The notes below the pieces were generated by a model. It was given only the letters and a program-made list of their open reading frames with translations, was not told the origin of the DNA and did no database searches. A stretch of 64,000 bases of DNA from Acidimicrobiales bacterium (GTDB lineage: Bacteria; Actinomycetota; Acidimicrobiia; Acidimicrobiales; CAIXPF01): contig JBBSLP010000017.1 in NCBI GenBank assembly GCA_038255145.1, forward strand, positions 17,153-81,152, written 5' to 3'. This document shows, piece by piece, positions 1 through 8,734 of this stretch (positions are counted from its first letter, which is position 1; each line of letters opens with the position of its first letter). The translations under genes and the position numbers were made by a program.

Positions 1-602
1 AAGGCCCTGCCGCTGATCTCGGACGTGTCCGACCTGGGGGCGGTGCAGACCCTGGCCGACCAGGTGCTGGCCGAGCTGGGCCGGGTCGACATCGTGGTGA
101 ACAACGCCGGTGCCGCCCGGGGCGAGGACCGCAAGCCCGTCGTCGACCTCGAGGTGGCCGACTGGCGCACCGTGCTCGACGTGAACCTGACGGGCACGTT
201 CCTCATGTCCAAGGTGTTCGGCCGGGCCATCGTGGACGCCGGCAACGGCGGCAGCATCGTCAACATCAGCTCCATCGCCGGCAAGCTGTTCTCGCCCAAC
301 ACCGCGGCCTACGCCGCGTCCAAGGCCGGCATCCAGGCCCTGACCGCGGTCATGTCGGGCGAGGTGGCCCGGGCCGGTGTGCGGGTCAACGCCATCTGCC
401 CCGGCATCATCGACACGTTCCGCATGGACGACATCGGCCGCGGGCCGAGTGGGACGAGTTCGTCGACACCCGCATCCCCCTGGGCCGTGCCGGCTCGGGC
501 GAGGACATCGCCAACATGGTGGTGTTCCTGTGCTCCGACGAGGGCGCGTGGATCACCGGCCAGTCCTACAACGTGGACGGCGGCACCGTCGTCCAGCACT
601 GA
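1..602 (+). CDS. SDR family oxidoreductase (5' partial; apparent frameshift near 441-446)
   Basis: VVNNAG, SIVNISS, YAASK and VRVNAICPG motifs in frame 1. The canonical C-terminus (IPLGRAGSGEDIANMVVFLCSDEGAWITGQSYNVDGG) continues in another frame to TGA at 600-602. Confidence 0.85.
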   Translation, partial: GPAADLGRVRPGGGADPGRPGAGRAGPGRHRGEQRRCRPGRGPQARRRPRGGRLAHRARREPDGHVPHVQGVRPGHRGRRQRRQHRQHQLHRRQAVLAQHRGLRRVQGRHPGPDRGHVGRGGPGRCAGQRHLPRHHRHVPHGRHRPRAEWDEFVDTRIPLGRAGSGEDIANMVVFLCSDEGAWITGQSYNVDGGTVVQH

Positions 603-608
603 GATCGG

Positions 609-1478
609 TCAGGTGGCGGCGTCGCCGGCCAGCTCGGGGTCGAGCGTGGCCAGCGGTGCCGCCACCGCGGTCTGGCGGCGACGGTGCTGGAGGAGGCGGG
701 CCACCCGGGACAAGGCGTAGTTGATGACGATGTAGATGGCGGCCACCACGATCAGCGTCTGGAGCTGGTTGCGGTAGAACTCGCCCAGCGAACGCCCCCG
801 GCTCAGCAGGTCGTCGGTGGGGGGGAAGAGCACCACCGCCCCCAACGACGTGTCCTTCAGCAGGGTGACGAGCTGGTTGACCAGGGCGGGCAGCATGTTG
901 CGGGCCGCCTGGGGGAACAGTATGCGCCACTGCACCTGGAACTCGGACAGCCCGATGGCCAGGCCCGCCTCGCGCTGGCCCCGGCCCAGGGCGGCGATGC
1001 CGGCCCTGAACACCTCGGCGATGACGGCCCCGTTGTACAGGGCCAGACCGGTGACCAGGTACCAGAACGGGCTGAGGTCGAACAGGTAGCGCGAGATGAA
1101 GACGAACGAGAAGTAGATCATCAGCACCAGCGGGGTGGCCCGCAGGAGCTCGACGAGCACGGTGGCGACGACCCGGACCGGGCGGATGGGGGAGAGGCGC
1201 CCGAAGGTGCCCAGCGGCCCCAGCACCAGGGCCAGGGCCATGGCCACGAGCGCGGCCTTGAGGGTGACGAGCAGGCCGTCGAACAGGAAGTGGCCCGACT
1301 TCTCCCAGGAGAAGAGCATGCTCCAGCGGTCCCAGTCGAGCTGGCCCTTGGCCTGGAAGCGGCGCACGATCACGAAGGCCAGCGCGGCCAGCAACACCAG
1401 GGAGACGGCGGTGGCGATGCGGACGCGGCGGCGGCCCCGGGGGCCCAGTTCATCGGCGAGGACCAGTCCGTCGCTCAT
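609..1478 (-). CDS. gluD: Polar amino-acid (glutamate) ABC transporter permease
   Basis: Multiple TM segments, LRATPL, EAA loop (AEVFRAGIAALGRGQREAGLAIG), LKDTSL; last gene of a 4-gene ABC operon. Confidence 0.88.
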   Translation of the reverse strand: MSDGLVLADELGPRGRRRVRIATAVSLVLLAALAFVIVRRFQAKGQLDWDRWSMLFSWEKSGHFLFDGLLVTLKAALVAMALALVLGPLGTFGRLSPIRPVRVVATVLVELLRATPLVLMIYFSFVFISRYLFDLSPFWYLVTGLALYNGAVIAEVFRAGIAALGRGQREAGLAIGLSEFQVQWRILFPQAARNMLPALVNQLVTLLKDTSLGAVVLFPPTDDLLSRGRSLGEFYRNQLQTLIVVAAIYIVINYALSRVARLLQHRRRQTAVAAPLATLDPELAGDAAT

Positions 1479-1503
1479 GACGCCCCACCCAGGGGAGCTG
1501 CGC

Positions 1504-2148
1504 TCATCGGGCGATCCTCTGGCGGTTGTCGAGGGCGTTGATGGCGAAGGCCAGGGGGATGGTGATGACGTAGTACGCCATGGCCGCCCCGATGAGCACG
1601 GGGATGGGCTGAGCCGTCAGTACCGAGAGCCGGTCGGCCCGGCCCATGATGTCGAGCACGGAGATCACGTAGGCCACGGCCGAGTTCCGCACCAGGGCCG
1701 ACAGCAGCGAGCCCAGGGGAGCGACGGTGGCCCGCAGCGCCTGGGGCAGCACCACCAGCCGCAACGTCGAGGTGAAGGGCAGGCCGATGGCCCGGGCCGC
1801 CTCGACCTGGCCCTGGCCCACGGTGTTGATGCCCGAGCGCACCGTCTCGGCCACGAACGCGCCGGTGTAGATGCCCAGGGCGATGACCGCGGTGGTGAAC
1901 GGGCCCAGGAGGATGCCCAGCTTGGGCAATCCGAACAGCAGGAGGATGAGGTGCACCGTCAGCGGGGTGTTGCGGACGATGTTCACGTAGGTGGTGGCGA
2001 ACGCCCGCAGCGGCACCACCGGGCTGACCTTGCACGAGGCCACGACGACGCCGATGGCCAGGGCCAGCATGAACGAGTACGCCGTCAGGCTGACCGTGGT
2101 GCGGAAGCCGGCCCAGTAGATGTCGAGGTTGTCGAAGACGACGCTCAC
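1504..2148 (-). CDS. gluC: Polar amino-acid (glutamate) ABC transporter permease
   Basis: RNTPL, EAA loop (AETVRSGINTVGQGQVEAARAIG), hydrophobic helices. Confidence 0.88.
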   Translation of the reverse strand: MSVVFDNLDIYWAGFRTTVSLTAYSFMLALAIGVVVASCKVSPVVPLRAFATTYVNIVRNTPLTVHLILLLFGLPKLGILLGPFTTAVIALGIYTGAFVAETVRSGINTVGQGQVEAARAIGLPFTSTLRLVVLPQALRATVAPLGSLLSALVRNSAVAYVISVLDIMGRADRLSVLTAQPIPVLIGAAMAYYVITIPLAFAINALDNRQRIAR

Positions 2149-2201
2149 GGCGCCTCTCGCTGGCTCACCCCGGCCCGGTGGGGGCGGGCGGCCAGGGGGG
2201 T

Positions 2202-2226
2202 GGGGCCGGGCGGTGCGCCCGGCCCC
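2202..2226. terminator. GC-rich hairpin between binding-protein and permease genes
   Basis: ggggccgggcg-gtg-cgcccggcccc, a perfect 11-bp stem directly after the gluB stop; no U-tract. Confidence 0.45.
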
Positions 2227-2239
2227 GGTCGGCCCTCTG

Positions 2240-3157
2240 TCACGCGGCGATGGGCGGCGGCGTGGGCGCCGGCTCCCCGGTCACACCGGCGGTGTCGTCC
2301 CAGGCCTCGGCGTAGGAGCCATCATCCTCGATGGTCTTCAACCGCTCGTTGACCCACGTCTTGAAGGCGGTGTCGCCCTTCTTCAGGCCGATGCCGTAGG
2401 GCTCGGTGGTGAAGGGCTTGCCCACCAGCTTGACCTCGTCGGGGTAGGTGTCGACGAAGCCCAGCAGGATGACGTTGTCCGTGGTCACGGCCTCGACCCG
2501 GCCATCGAGGAGGGCCTCGACGCACAGGGAGTACTTGTCGAAGGTGATGGACAGATCAGCCTGGGGCGCCTTGGTCTGCACGTTGGTCAGCGACGTGGAG
2601 CCCTGGACGCTGCACACCTTCTTGCCGTTGAGGCTGTCGACCCCGGTGATGCTGTCGTCGTCCTCCTTGACCAGGATGTCCTGGCCGGCCACGTAGTAGG
2701 GCCCGGCGAAGTCGACGACCTGCTTGCGGGCGTCGTTAATGGTGTACGTGGCGATGACCAGGTCGACCTGGCCGTCGGTGATGGCCGTCTCCCGGACCTT
2801 TGACGGCGTCTCGATGAACTCGATGTGGCTGTCGATGTCGTCGTCCCCGAAGATGCCCTCGGCGATCAGGCGGCCGATCGATGCGTCGAAGCCCTCGATC
2901 TCGTTGTTGGTGGGGTTGCGCACCCCGAACAGCGGCTGATCGAACTTGGTGCCGATCTTGATCTTGCCGGCGGCCTGGATCTTGGCCATGGTCGTGCCGG
3001 CGGCGAACGTGGACTCGGTCGTGGCCTCGGTCGTCGTGGCGCCGCCGCCGGCGGTCGTTGTCGCCGCCGCGTCGTCATCGTCACTTCCACCACAGGCGCT
3101 GGCCATCAACCCCAGTGCGAGGAAGGGCACCAACAACTTCCAACTCGGGTTTCTCAT
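2240..3157 (-). CDS. gluB: Glutamate ABC transporter substrate-binding lipoprotein
   Basis: Lipobox MASAC, Thr-rich linker, GTKFDQPLFG, IATYTINDARKQVVDFAGPYY, EPYGIG. Confidence 0.9.
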   Translation of the reverse strand: MRNPSWKLLVPFLALGLMASACGGSDDDDAAATTTAGGGATTTEATTESTFAAGTTMAKIQAAGKIKIGTKFDQPLFGVRNPTNNEIEGFDASIGRLIAEGIFGDDDIDSHIEFIETPSKVRETAITDGQVDLVIATYTINDARKQVVDFAGPYYVAGQDILVKEDDDSITGVDSLNGKKVCSVQGSTSLTNVQTKAPQADLSITFDKYSLCVEALLDGRVEAVTTDNVILLGFVDTYPDEVKLVGKPFTTEPYGIGLKKGDTAFKTWVNERLKTIEDDGSYAEAWDDTAGVTGEPAPTPPPIAA

Positions 3158-3286
3158 CGCGCCTCCAGGCGTCGGCTCGTCAATCGACTGGTCATCAGTT
3201 GATCAAGGTTTCAGTAGGTCACAGGGTTCAGATGGAACAGGACCCGGGGGACAGCGGCACGGCGCACCGCGGCTCGCGGTTCGCGG

Positions 3287-4027
3287 TCAGTGGGCGAGGA
3301 TCTTGGAGAGGAAGTCCTGGGCCCGGTGCGAGGTGGGGGCACTGAAGAAGGTGGCAGGTTCGCCCGTCTCGACGATGCGACCCTCGTCCATGAACACCAC
3401 CCGGTGGGCGGCCGAACGGGCGAAGCCCATCTCGTGGGTGACCACCAGCATGGTCGTCCCGTCGTTGGCCAGGTCCTTCATGACGTCGACGACCTCGGAG
3501 ATCATCTCGGGGTCGAGAGCCGAGGTGGGCTCGTCGAAGAGCATGATCTTGGGGTCCATGGCCAGAGCGCGGGCGATGGCCACCCGCTGCTGCTGCCCGC
3601 CGGACAGCTGGGCCGGGTAGGCGTCGACCTTCTCCGAGATGCCCACCCGGGCGAGCAGTTCCTCGGCGCGGGCCTTGGCCTTGGCCTTGGAGATCTTTCG
3701 GGTGTGGATCGGCCCCAGGGTGACGTTCTCGAGGACCGTCTTGTGGGCGAAGAGGTTGAACTGCTGGAAGACCATCCCCACCTCGGCCCGCAGGCGGGCC
3801 AGGGCCTTGCCTTCTTCGGGCTGGGGCTGGCCGTTCACCAGGATGGTGCCCGAGTCGATGTGCTCGAGGCGGTTGATCGTGCGACACAGGGTCGACTTGC
3901 CCGAACCCGATGGTCCGAGGATGACGACGACCTCGCCGGGATCGACGGTGAGATCGATGTCGATGAGCGCGGCATGACCGCCGAAGGACTTGTTCACGCC
4001 CCGCATCTCGACCACAGGGCTCGACAT
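3287..4027 (-). CDS. gluA: Amino-acid ABC transporter ATP-binding protein
   Basis: Walker A GPSGSGKST, LSGGQQQRVAIARAL, FDEPTSALD, VTHEM; start taken at MSSPVVEM. Confidence 0.93.
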   Translation of the reverse strand: MSSPVVEMRGVNKSFGGHAALIDIDLTVDPGEVVVILGPSGSGKSTLCRTINRLEHIDSGTILVNGQPQPEEGKALARLRAEVGMVFQQFNLFAHKTVLENVTLGPIHTRKISKAKAKARAEELLARVGISEKVDAYPAQLSGGQQQRVAIARALAMDPKIMLFDEPTSALDPEMISEVVDVMKDLANDGTTMLVVTHEMGFARSAAHRVVFMDEGRIVETGEPATFFSAPTSHRAQDFLSKILAH

Positions 4028-4144
4028 GCCCGATGACCATAGCAAAGGAGATTTCCCTGGTCCTGACCGTACGACGAGTTCGCCAGGTTCAGGCCCTGCG
4101 GGGGCGTCGCCGGTTCCCCCGGGGACCCGTGGGAGGATCGGTCC

Positions 4145-5758
4145 ATGGAGATGCACTTCGCCACCATCTGGGAGTCGATCGCCGACGTCGTACCCGACCA
4201 CCTGGCGGTCGTGCAGGGTGATCGGCGGATCACCTGGGGCGCCTACGACCAGCGGGCGGCCCGTCTGGCCAGCGCGTTCAGCGCCGCCGGGCTCGGTCCC
4301 GACTCGAAGATCGCCCTGTTCCTGTACAACTGCCCGGAGTACTGCGAGGCGAACTACGCCGGCCTGAAGATGCGGGCCGTCCCCGTCAACGTCAACTACC
4401 GCTACCTCGACGACGAGCTGCGCTACCTGCTCGACAACGCCGACGCCGAGGCGATCGTCTACCACACCTCCCTGGCGGCGCGGATCGAGCGGGTGCGGGG
4501 TGACCTGCCCCTGCTCAAGCTGCTGGTCGAGGTGGACGACGGGCCCGGTCACGTCGACGGCGCCGTGGCCTACGACGAGCTGCTGGCCACGCACGAGCCC
4601 ATGGCCCGCATCACCAGGGACGAACGCGACCTGCACATCCTCTACACCGGCGGCACCACGGGCATGCCCAAGGGCACCATGTACGAGCTGGGCCCCTTCA
4701 CCGGCGGCTACCTCGCCCTGGCCCCGCCCCTGCTGGGCCTGCCCGCCATCACCGACCCCGACGCCGTGGCCCCCCTGGTCGCCTCGCTGGTGGCCGAGGG
4801 CAAGAGCGGCATCGCCGCCCCCGCCTGCCCGCTCATGCACGCCACCGGCATCTGGGCCGGGGTCATGGTGCCCCACCTGCTGGGGGCGACCGTGGTCCTC
4901 TTCGCCAGCCGGTCCCTCGACGTGGACGAGGTGTGGGCGACGGCGGAGCGCGAGGGCGTCACCCAGCTGGTGATCGTCGGGGACGCCTTCGCCCGTCCCC
5001 TGCTGCGAGGGCTCGAGGAGGCTCGGGCTGCGGGTCGGACCTACGAGCTCGACCGGCTGGGCCTGATGGTGTCGACGGGGGCCATGTTCTCCAAAGAGGT
5101 CAAGGAGGGGCTCTTCGAGTTCCTGCCCCACCTGTTCATCATCGACATCCTCGGCGCCACCGAGGGCAACATGGCCATGCAATTCTATACGAAGGACCTG
5201 GTCAGCGACACGGCCAAGTTCAGCCCCGGGGCCGGGGTGAAGGTGATCACCGACGACGGGCGGGTGGTCGAGCCCGGCTCGGGCGAGATCGGCATGGTGG
5301 CCACCACGGGGTCCATCCCCGTCGGGTACTACAAGGATCCCGACAAGTCGGCCCGCACCTTCCGCGAGATCGACGGCGTGCGGTACTCGTTCCCCGGGGA
5401 CTACGCAACCATCGAGGCGGACGGCTCCATCACCCTGTTGGGCCGGGGCTCCAACGTCATCACCACGGGCGGTGAGAAGGTCTTCCCCGAAGAGGTCGAG
5501 GAGGCGCTGAAGACCCACCCCGCCGTGTTCGACGCCCTCGTCTTCGGCGTCCCCGACGACCGATTCGGCAGCCGCATCGTGGGCGTGGTCTCCTTCGAGG
5601 ACGGTCACACGACCACGTCCGACGAGCTGATCGCCCACGTGAAGGCCCACCTGGCCAGCTTCAAGGCCCCCAAGGAGGTCCACATCGTGGACCGGGTGCC
5701 CCGGGCGTCCAACGGCAAGGCCGACTACGCCTCGGCCAAGGCGGCCGCCGGCCGCTGA
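4145..5758 (+). CDS. Acyl-CoA synthetase (FadD19-like AMP-binding protein)
   Basis: YTGGTTGMPKG, PVNVNYRY, GYYKDP, GGEKVFPEEVE, NGKADY. Confidence 0.88.
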   Translation: MEMHFATIWESIADVVPDHLAVVQGDRRITWGAYDQRAARLASAFSAAGLGPDSKIALFLYNCPEYCEANYAGLKMRAVPVNVNYRYLDDELRYLLDNADAEAIVYHTSLAARIERVRGDLPLLKLLVEVDDGPGHVDGAVAYDELLATHEPMARITRDERDLHILYTGGTTGMPKGTMYELGPFTGGYLALAPPLLGLPAITDPDAVAPLVASLVAEGKSGIAAPACPLMHATGIWAGVMVPHLLGATVVLFASRSLDVDEVWATAEREGVTQLVIVGDAFARPLLRGLEEARAAGRTYELDRLGLMVSTGAMFSKEVKEGLFEFLPHLFIIDILGATEGNMAMQFYTKDLVSDTAKFSPGAGVKVITDDGRVVEPGSGEIGMVATTGSIPVGYYKDPDKSARTFREIDGVRYSFPGDYATIEADGSITLLGRGSNVITTGGEKVFPEEVEEALKTHPAVFDALVFGVPDDRFGSRIVGVVSFEDGHTTTSDELIAHVKAHLASFKAPKEVHIVDRVPRASNGKADYASAKAAAGR

Positions 5759-5798
5759 GCTCGCGGCGGGCGACGCCCTGCGCCGGTCGGCTCCCCGG

Positions 5799-6230
5799 TC
5801 AGCGCAGGGCGTACACCTCGTAGGTGACCGAGCCCTTGACCGACACCCCGATGCCCACGGCCTGGACGTCGTTGAGCCAGGCGTAGCGCTCGTCGCCCGT
5901 CTCGAACAGCGGCGCGGTGCGCACGGCGTTGCTGCCGTCGCCGTTGGGCGTGCCGATGCCCTTGTACTGCATGAGCAGGCTGGCCCCGTCGTCGGTGACG
6001 AGCAGGAGGCGCACGTCGAGCTGGAGGGTGCCGTTGGCCCGCATCGTCACCCAGTCCCCGCCCGGCGTCGCCACCGTGCCTGTCAGCCGGGGTCCGGCGA
6101 AGGTGCCCCCGGTGACGTCGGCCGCGACCCTGGTGCCCTGGGGCCCACCGACCAGGCGGGCGTGGCGGGGGACGGCCACCTGGGCCGTCAGCGTGAACAG
6201 GAACTCGACGTCGAGGGCGGTGGCGGTCAT
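5799..6230 (-). CDS. DUF3237 family protein
   Basis: GGTFAGPRLTG, GGDW, LDVRLLLVTDDGA, FETGDERYAWLN pattern. Confidence 0.8.
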   Translation of the reverse strand: MTATALDVEFLFTLTAQVAVPRHARLVGGPQGTRVAADVTGGTFAGPRLTGTVATPGGDWVTMRANGTLQLDVRLLLVTDDGASLLMQYKGIGTPNGDGSNAVRTAPLFETGDERYAWLNDVQAVGIGVSVKGSVTYEVYALR

Positions 6231-6251
6231 GGCCGGGGACGGTAGCTGGCC

Positions 6252-7049
6252 CTAGACGGCGCCACCGTAGAGGTCCAGCGTGGAGGCCATGCCACCGTCC
6301 ACGGGGATGGTGACGCCGGTGACGAAGCGGGCCCCGTCCGACGCCAGGAAGGTGACCACGTCGGCCACCTCGGCGGGATCGCCCCAGCGGCGCAGGGCGG
6401 TCTGGGCCTCGACCTGCTCGACGACCCCGGGCACCTCGCGGTTGCGGGTCCACAGGTCGGTGACGATGCAGCCGGGGGCGACGGCGTTGACCCGAACCCC
6501 CCGGGGCCCGAACTCCATGGCCAGGGAGCGGGTGGCCGCGTCGACCGCCCCCTTGGTGGCGGCGTAGGCGGCCCGCCGTGGCGTGCCCACCAGGCCCGAG
6601 ATGGACGACAGGTTGACCACCGAACCCCGGCCCGAGGCCACGAGCGTGGGCAGCAAGGCCGTGGTCAGCAGCAGGAGCTGGCGCACGTTGAGGTGGTAGA
6701 GCCGGTCGATGGTGGCCCCGTCGAGCTCGAGGGAGTCGAGCCTGGCCGCCACCGCGGCGTTGTTGACGAGCACGTCCAGCCCGCCCAGGGCGGTGACGGC
6801 CCTCGCCGCCAGCTCGGCCGGAGCACCCTCCTCGGCCAGGTCGCACACCAGCACCACAGGATCGTTGGCCAGCGTGGCCGCCACCGCGGCCAGGGCGTCG
6901 ACGTCACGGGCGACCAGCGCCACCCGGGCCCCGGCGGCATCGAGGGCGCGGGCGCAGGCCGCGCCTATGCCCCGTGAGGCGCCGGTGACCACGGCGGTGC
7001 GCCCGGCCAGCGGATCGGCTGTAGGGGTGGGCGGCGGGGACGCCGTCAC
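6252..7049 (-). CDS. SDR family oxidoreductase
   Basis: VTGASRGIG, VNNAA, YAATK, VRVNAVAPG; GTG start overlaps the ACAD stop. Confidence 0.88.
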   Translation of the reverse strand: MTASPPPTPTADPLAGRTAVVTGASRGIGAACARALDAAGARVALVARDVDALAAVAATLANDPVVLVCDLAEEGAPAELAARAVTALGGLDVLVNNAAVAARLDSLELDGATIDRLYHLNVRQLLLLTTALLPTLVASGRGSVVNLSSISGLVGTPRRAAYAATKGAVDAATRSLAMEFGPRGVRVNAVAPGCIVTDLWTRNREVPGVVEQVEAQTALRRWGDPAEVADVVTFLASDGARFVTGVTIPVDGGMASTLDLYGGAV

Positions 7050-8209
7050 CGCGCCGCCCGGTTGAGCAGGTCGCGGGCCACGATGATGCGCTGCACCTCG
7101 GACGGGCCCTCGCCGATGCGGCGGATGCGCAGCTCGCGGTACCAACGTTCGAGGGGCAGGTCCTTGGTGACGCCGATGCCGCCGTGGATCTGGATGGCCC
7201 GGTCCACCACCCGGCTGGAGGCTTCGGACGCCACCAGCTTGGCCAGGGCGGCCTCGGTGCGGAAGGGCTCGTTGCGGTCCGCCTTCTGGGCCGCTTCCAG
7301 GGTCAGCCAGCGCGACGTGCGCAGGTCGACCTCGTTGTCGACGAGCATCCACTGGATGGCCTGGCGGCTGGCCAGCACGTCGCCGAAGGTCTCGCGGTGC
7401 TTGGACCACTCGATGGCCATCTCGTGGGCGGCGACCGCCACCCCGATGCACCCCGCGGCGTAGGGGATGCGCTGGCGGCTCAGGCGGTCGTTGGCGATGC
7501 CGAAGCCCTTGTGCAGCTCGCCGAGGATGTTGCCCTCGGGGACCCGCAGGTCCTCCATCTGGATCTCGGTCGCGTAGCGGGCCGAGCGCAGCGTGTGCAC
7601 GATGCGGCGCACGTGGAAGCCGGGCCACGCCGTCTCCACGATGAAGGCGGTGACCCCCTCGCGCCCCGGGCCCCCGGTGCGGGCGAAGATCAGCCCGTAG
7701 TCGGCCACATCGGCGCCGGAGATGTAGAGCTTGGCCCCGTTGAGCACCCACTCGGCCCCGTCCTTGACGGCCCGGGTCTGGATGGCCCGCCCGGGATCGG
7801 AGCCGCCCGAGGGTTCGGTCAGCCCGAAGAAGCCCTTCTTCTCCCCCCGCAGGGTGGGGTAGAGGTACTGCTCCTTCTGCTCGGCGGTGGCCTCGTAGAG
7901 CTGGGCCAGCCCGGCCCCGCCGAAGGTGTCGTAGCAGGGCACGTAGAGCCCGGCGTTGTGCTGGGCCATCTCGATGGCCATGAGGGTGCGGGTGGTCAGG
8001 TCGATGCCGGGGCCGCCGTACTCGGCAGGGATGTCGATCCCGTAGAAGCCCATGGCCTTGACCTTGGCCACCAGCCGTTCCTTGTCGGCGGGGGCGAGCT
8101 CGCCGGCGTCGGGGTCGAGGTCGGCCTCGAGGGGCCGGATCTCCTCCCGCACGAAGCGGCGCACGGTGTCGACGATGAGGCGTTGCTCGTCGGAGGGCAG
8201 CAGGTCCAT
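7046..8209 (-). CDS. Acyl-CoA dehydrogenase
   Basis: FGLTEPSGGSD, LNGAKLYISG, AIQIHGGIG, RIGEGPSEVQR. Confidence 0.92.
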   Translation of the reverse strand: MDLLPSDEQRLIVDTVRRFVREEIRPLEADLDPDAGELAPADKERLVAKVKAMGFYGIDIPAEYGGPGIDLTTRTLMAIEMAQHNAGLYVPCYDTFGGAGLAQLYEATAEQKEQYLYPTLRGEKKGFFGLTEPSGGSDPGRAIQTRAVKDGAEWVLNGAKLYISGADVADYGLIFARTGGPGREGVTAFIVETAWPGFHVRRIVHTLRSARYATEIQMEDLRVPEGNILGELHKGFGIANDRLSRQRIPYAAGCIGVAVAAHEMAIEWSKHRETFGDVLASRQAIQWMLVDNEVDLRTSRWLTLEAAQKADRNEPFRTEAALAKLVASEASSRVVDRAIQIHGGIGVTKDLPLERWYRELRIRRIGEGPSEVQRIIVARDLLNRAAR

Positions 8210-8232
8210 GGTCGTGGCTCCTCGGCCTGGGG

Positions 8233-8580
8233 TCAGGACAGGGGGGAGAGGCGGCCGAGGCGCACCCCGGGGTCGGGCTGTTCCGGCGGCAGGTGGCCGT
8301 GGTCGGCCAGGTGGACCATGAGCAGCTCCCGCCACCGGGTCGTGTACTGCTGGTTCACCTCGACGCGGAACGAGGTCGCCGCGCTGTCGGGGGCCCGATC
8401 ACGCAGCTCGTCGCCCACGGCGGTGCGCAGCCCGAAGGCGGTGCGTCCCCCGGCGTAGCCGATGCGCAGCACCGTGCCCGAGGCGTCACCGAGCTCGTAG
8501 ACGCCCAGCTGTCCGGGGAGCTGGGCCACAGCTTCCGCGGTCAGCGCCAGCCAGGACTTGTCCAGTCGCAGACCCCTCAT
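8233..8580 (-). CDS. Small hypothetical protein with a GIY-YIG-like N-terminal pattern
   Basis: LPGQLGVYELGDASGTVLRIGYAG resembles the GVY...(Y/I)IG beta-hairpin of GIY-YIG domains; start inferred at MRGLRL. Confidence 0.6.
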   Translation of the reverse strand: MRGLRLDKSWLALTAEAVAQLPGQLGVYELGDASGTVLRIGYAGGRTAFGLRTAVGDELRDRAPDSAATSFRVEVNQQYTTRWRELLMVHLADHGHLPPEQPDPGVRLGRLSPLS

Positions 8581-8734
8581 GGCCACACCCCCTGTCGACG
8601 ACGGACCGTAGCCGCGCCACCGACCGGGGGATGCCCAACCACTCGTAGACAATGATCGGTGGGTCTACTGCTGCTGATCGGGCTCTGGGGACGAATCGTC
8701 CCGGAGAGGGTGGGACGATCCGTCCCGAGAGCGC

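Noticed and set aside
3287-5683. 798-aa ABC ATPase 'fusion'
   Set aside because: The N-terminal part is the antisense shadow of the acyl-CoA synthetase; the real ATPase starts at 4027.
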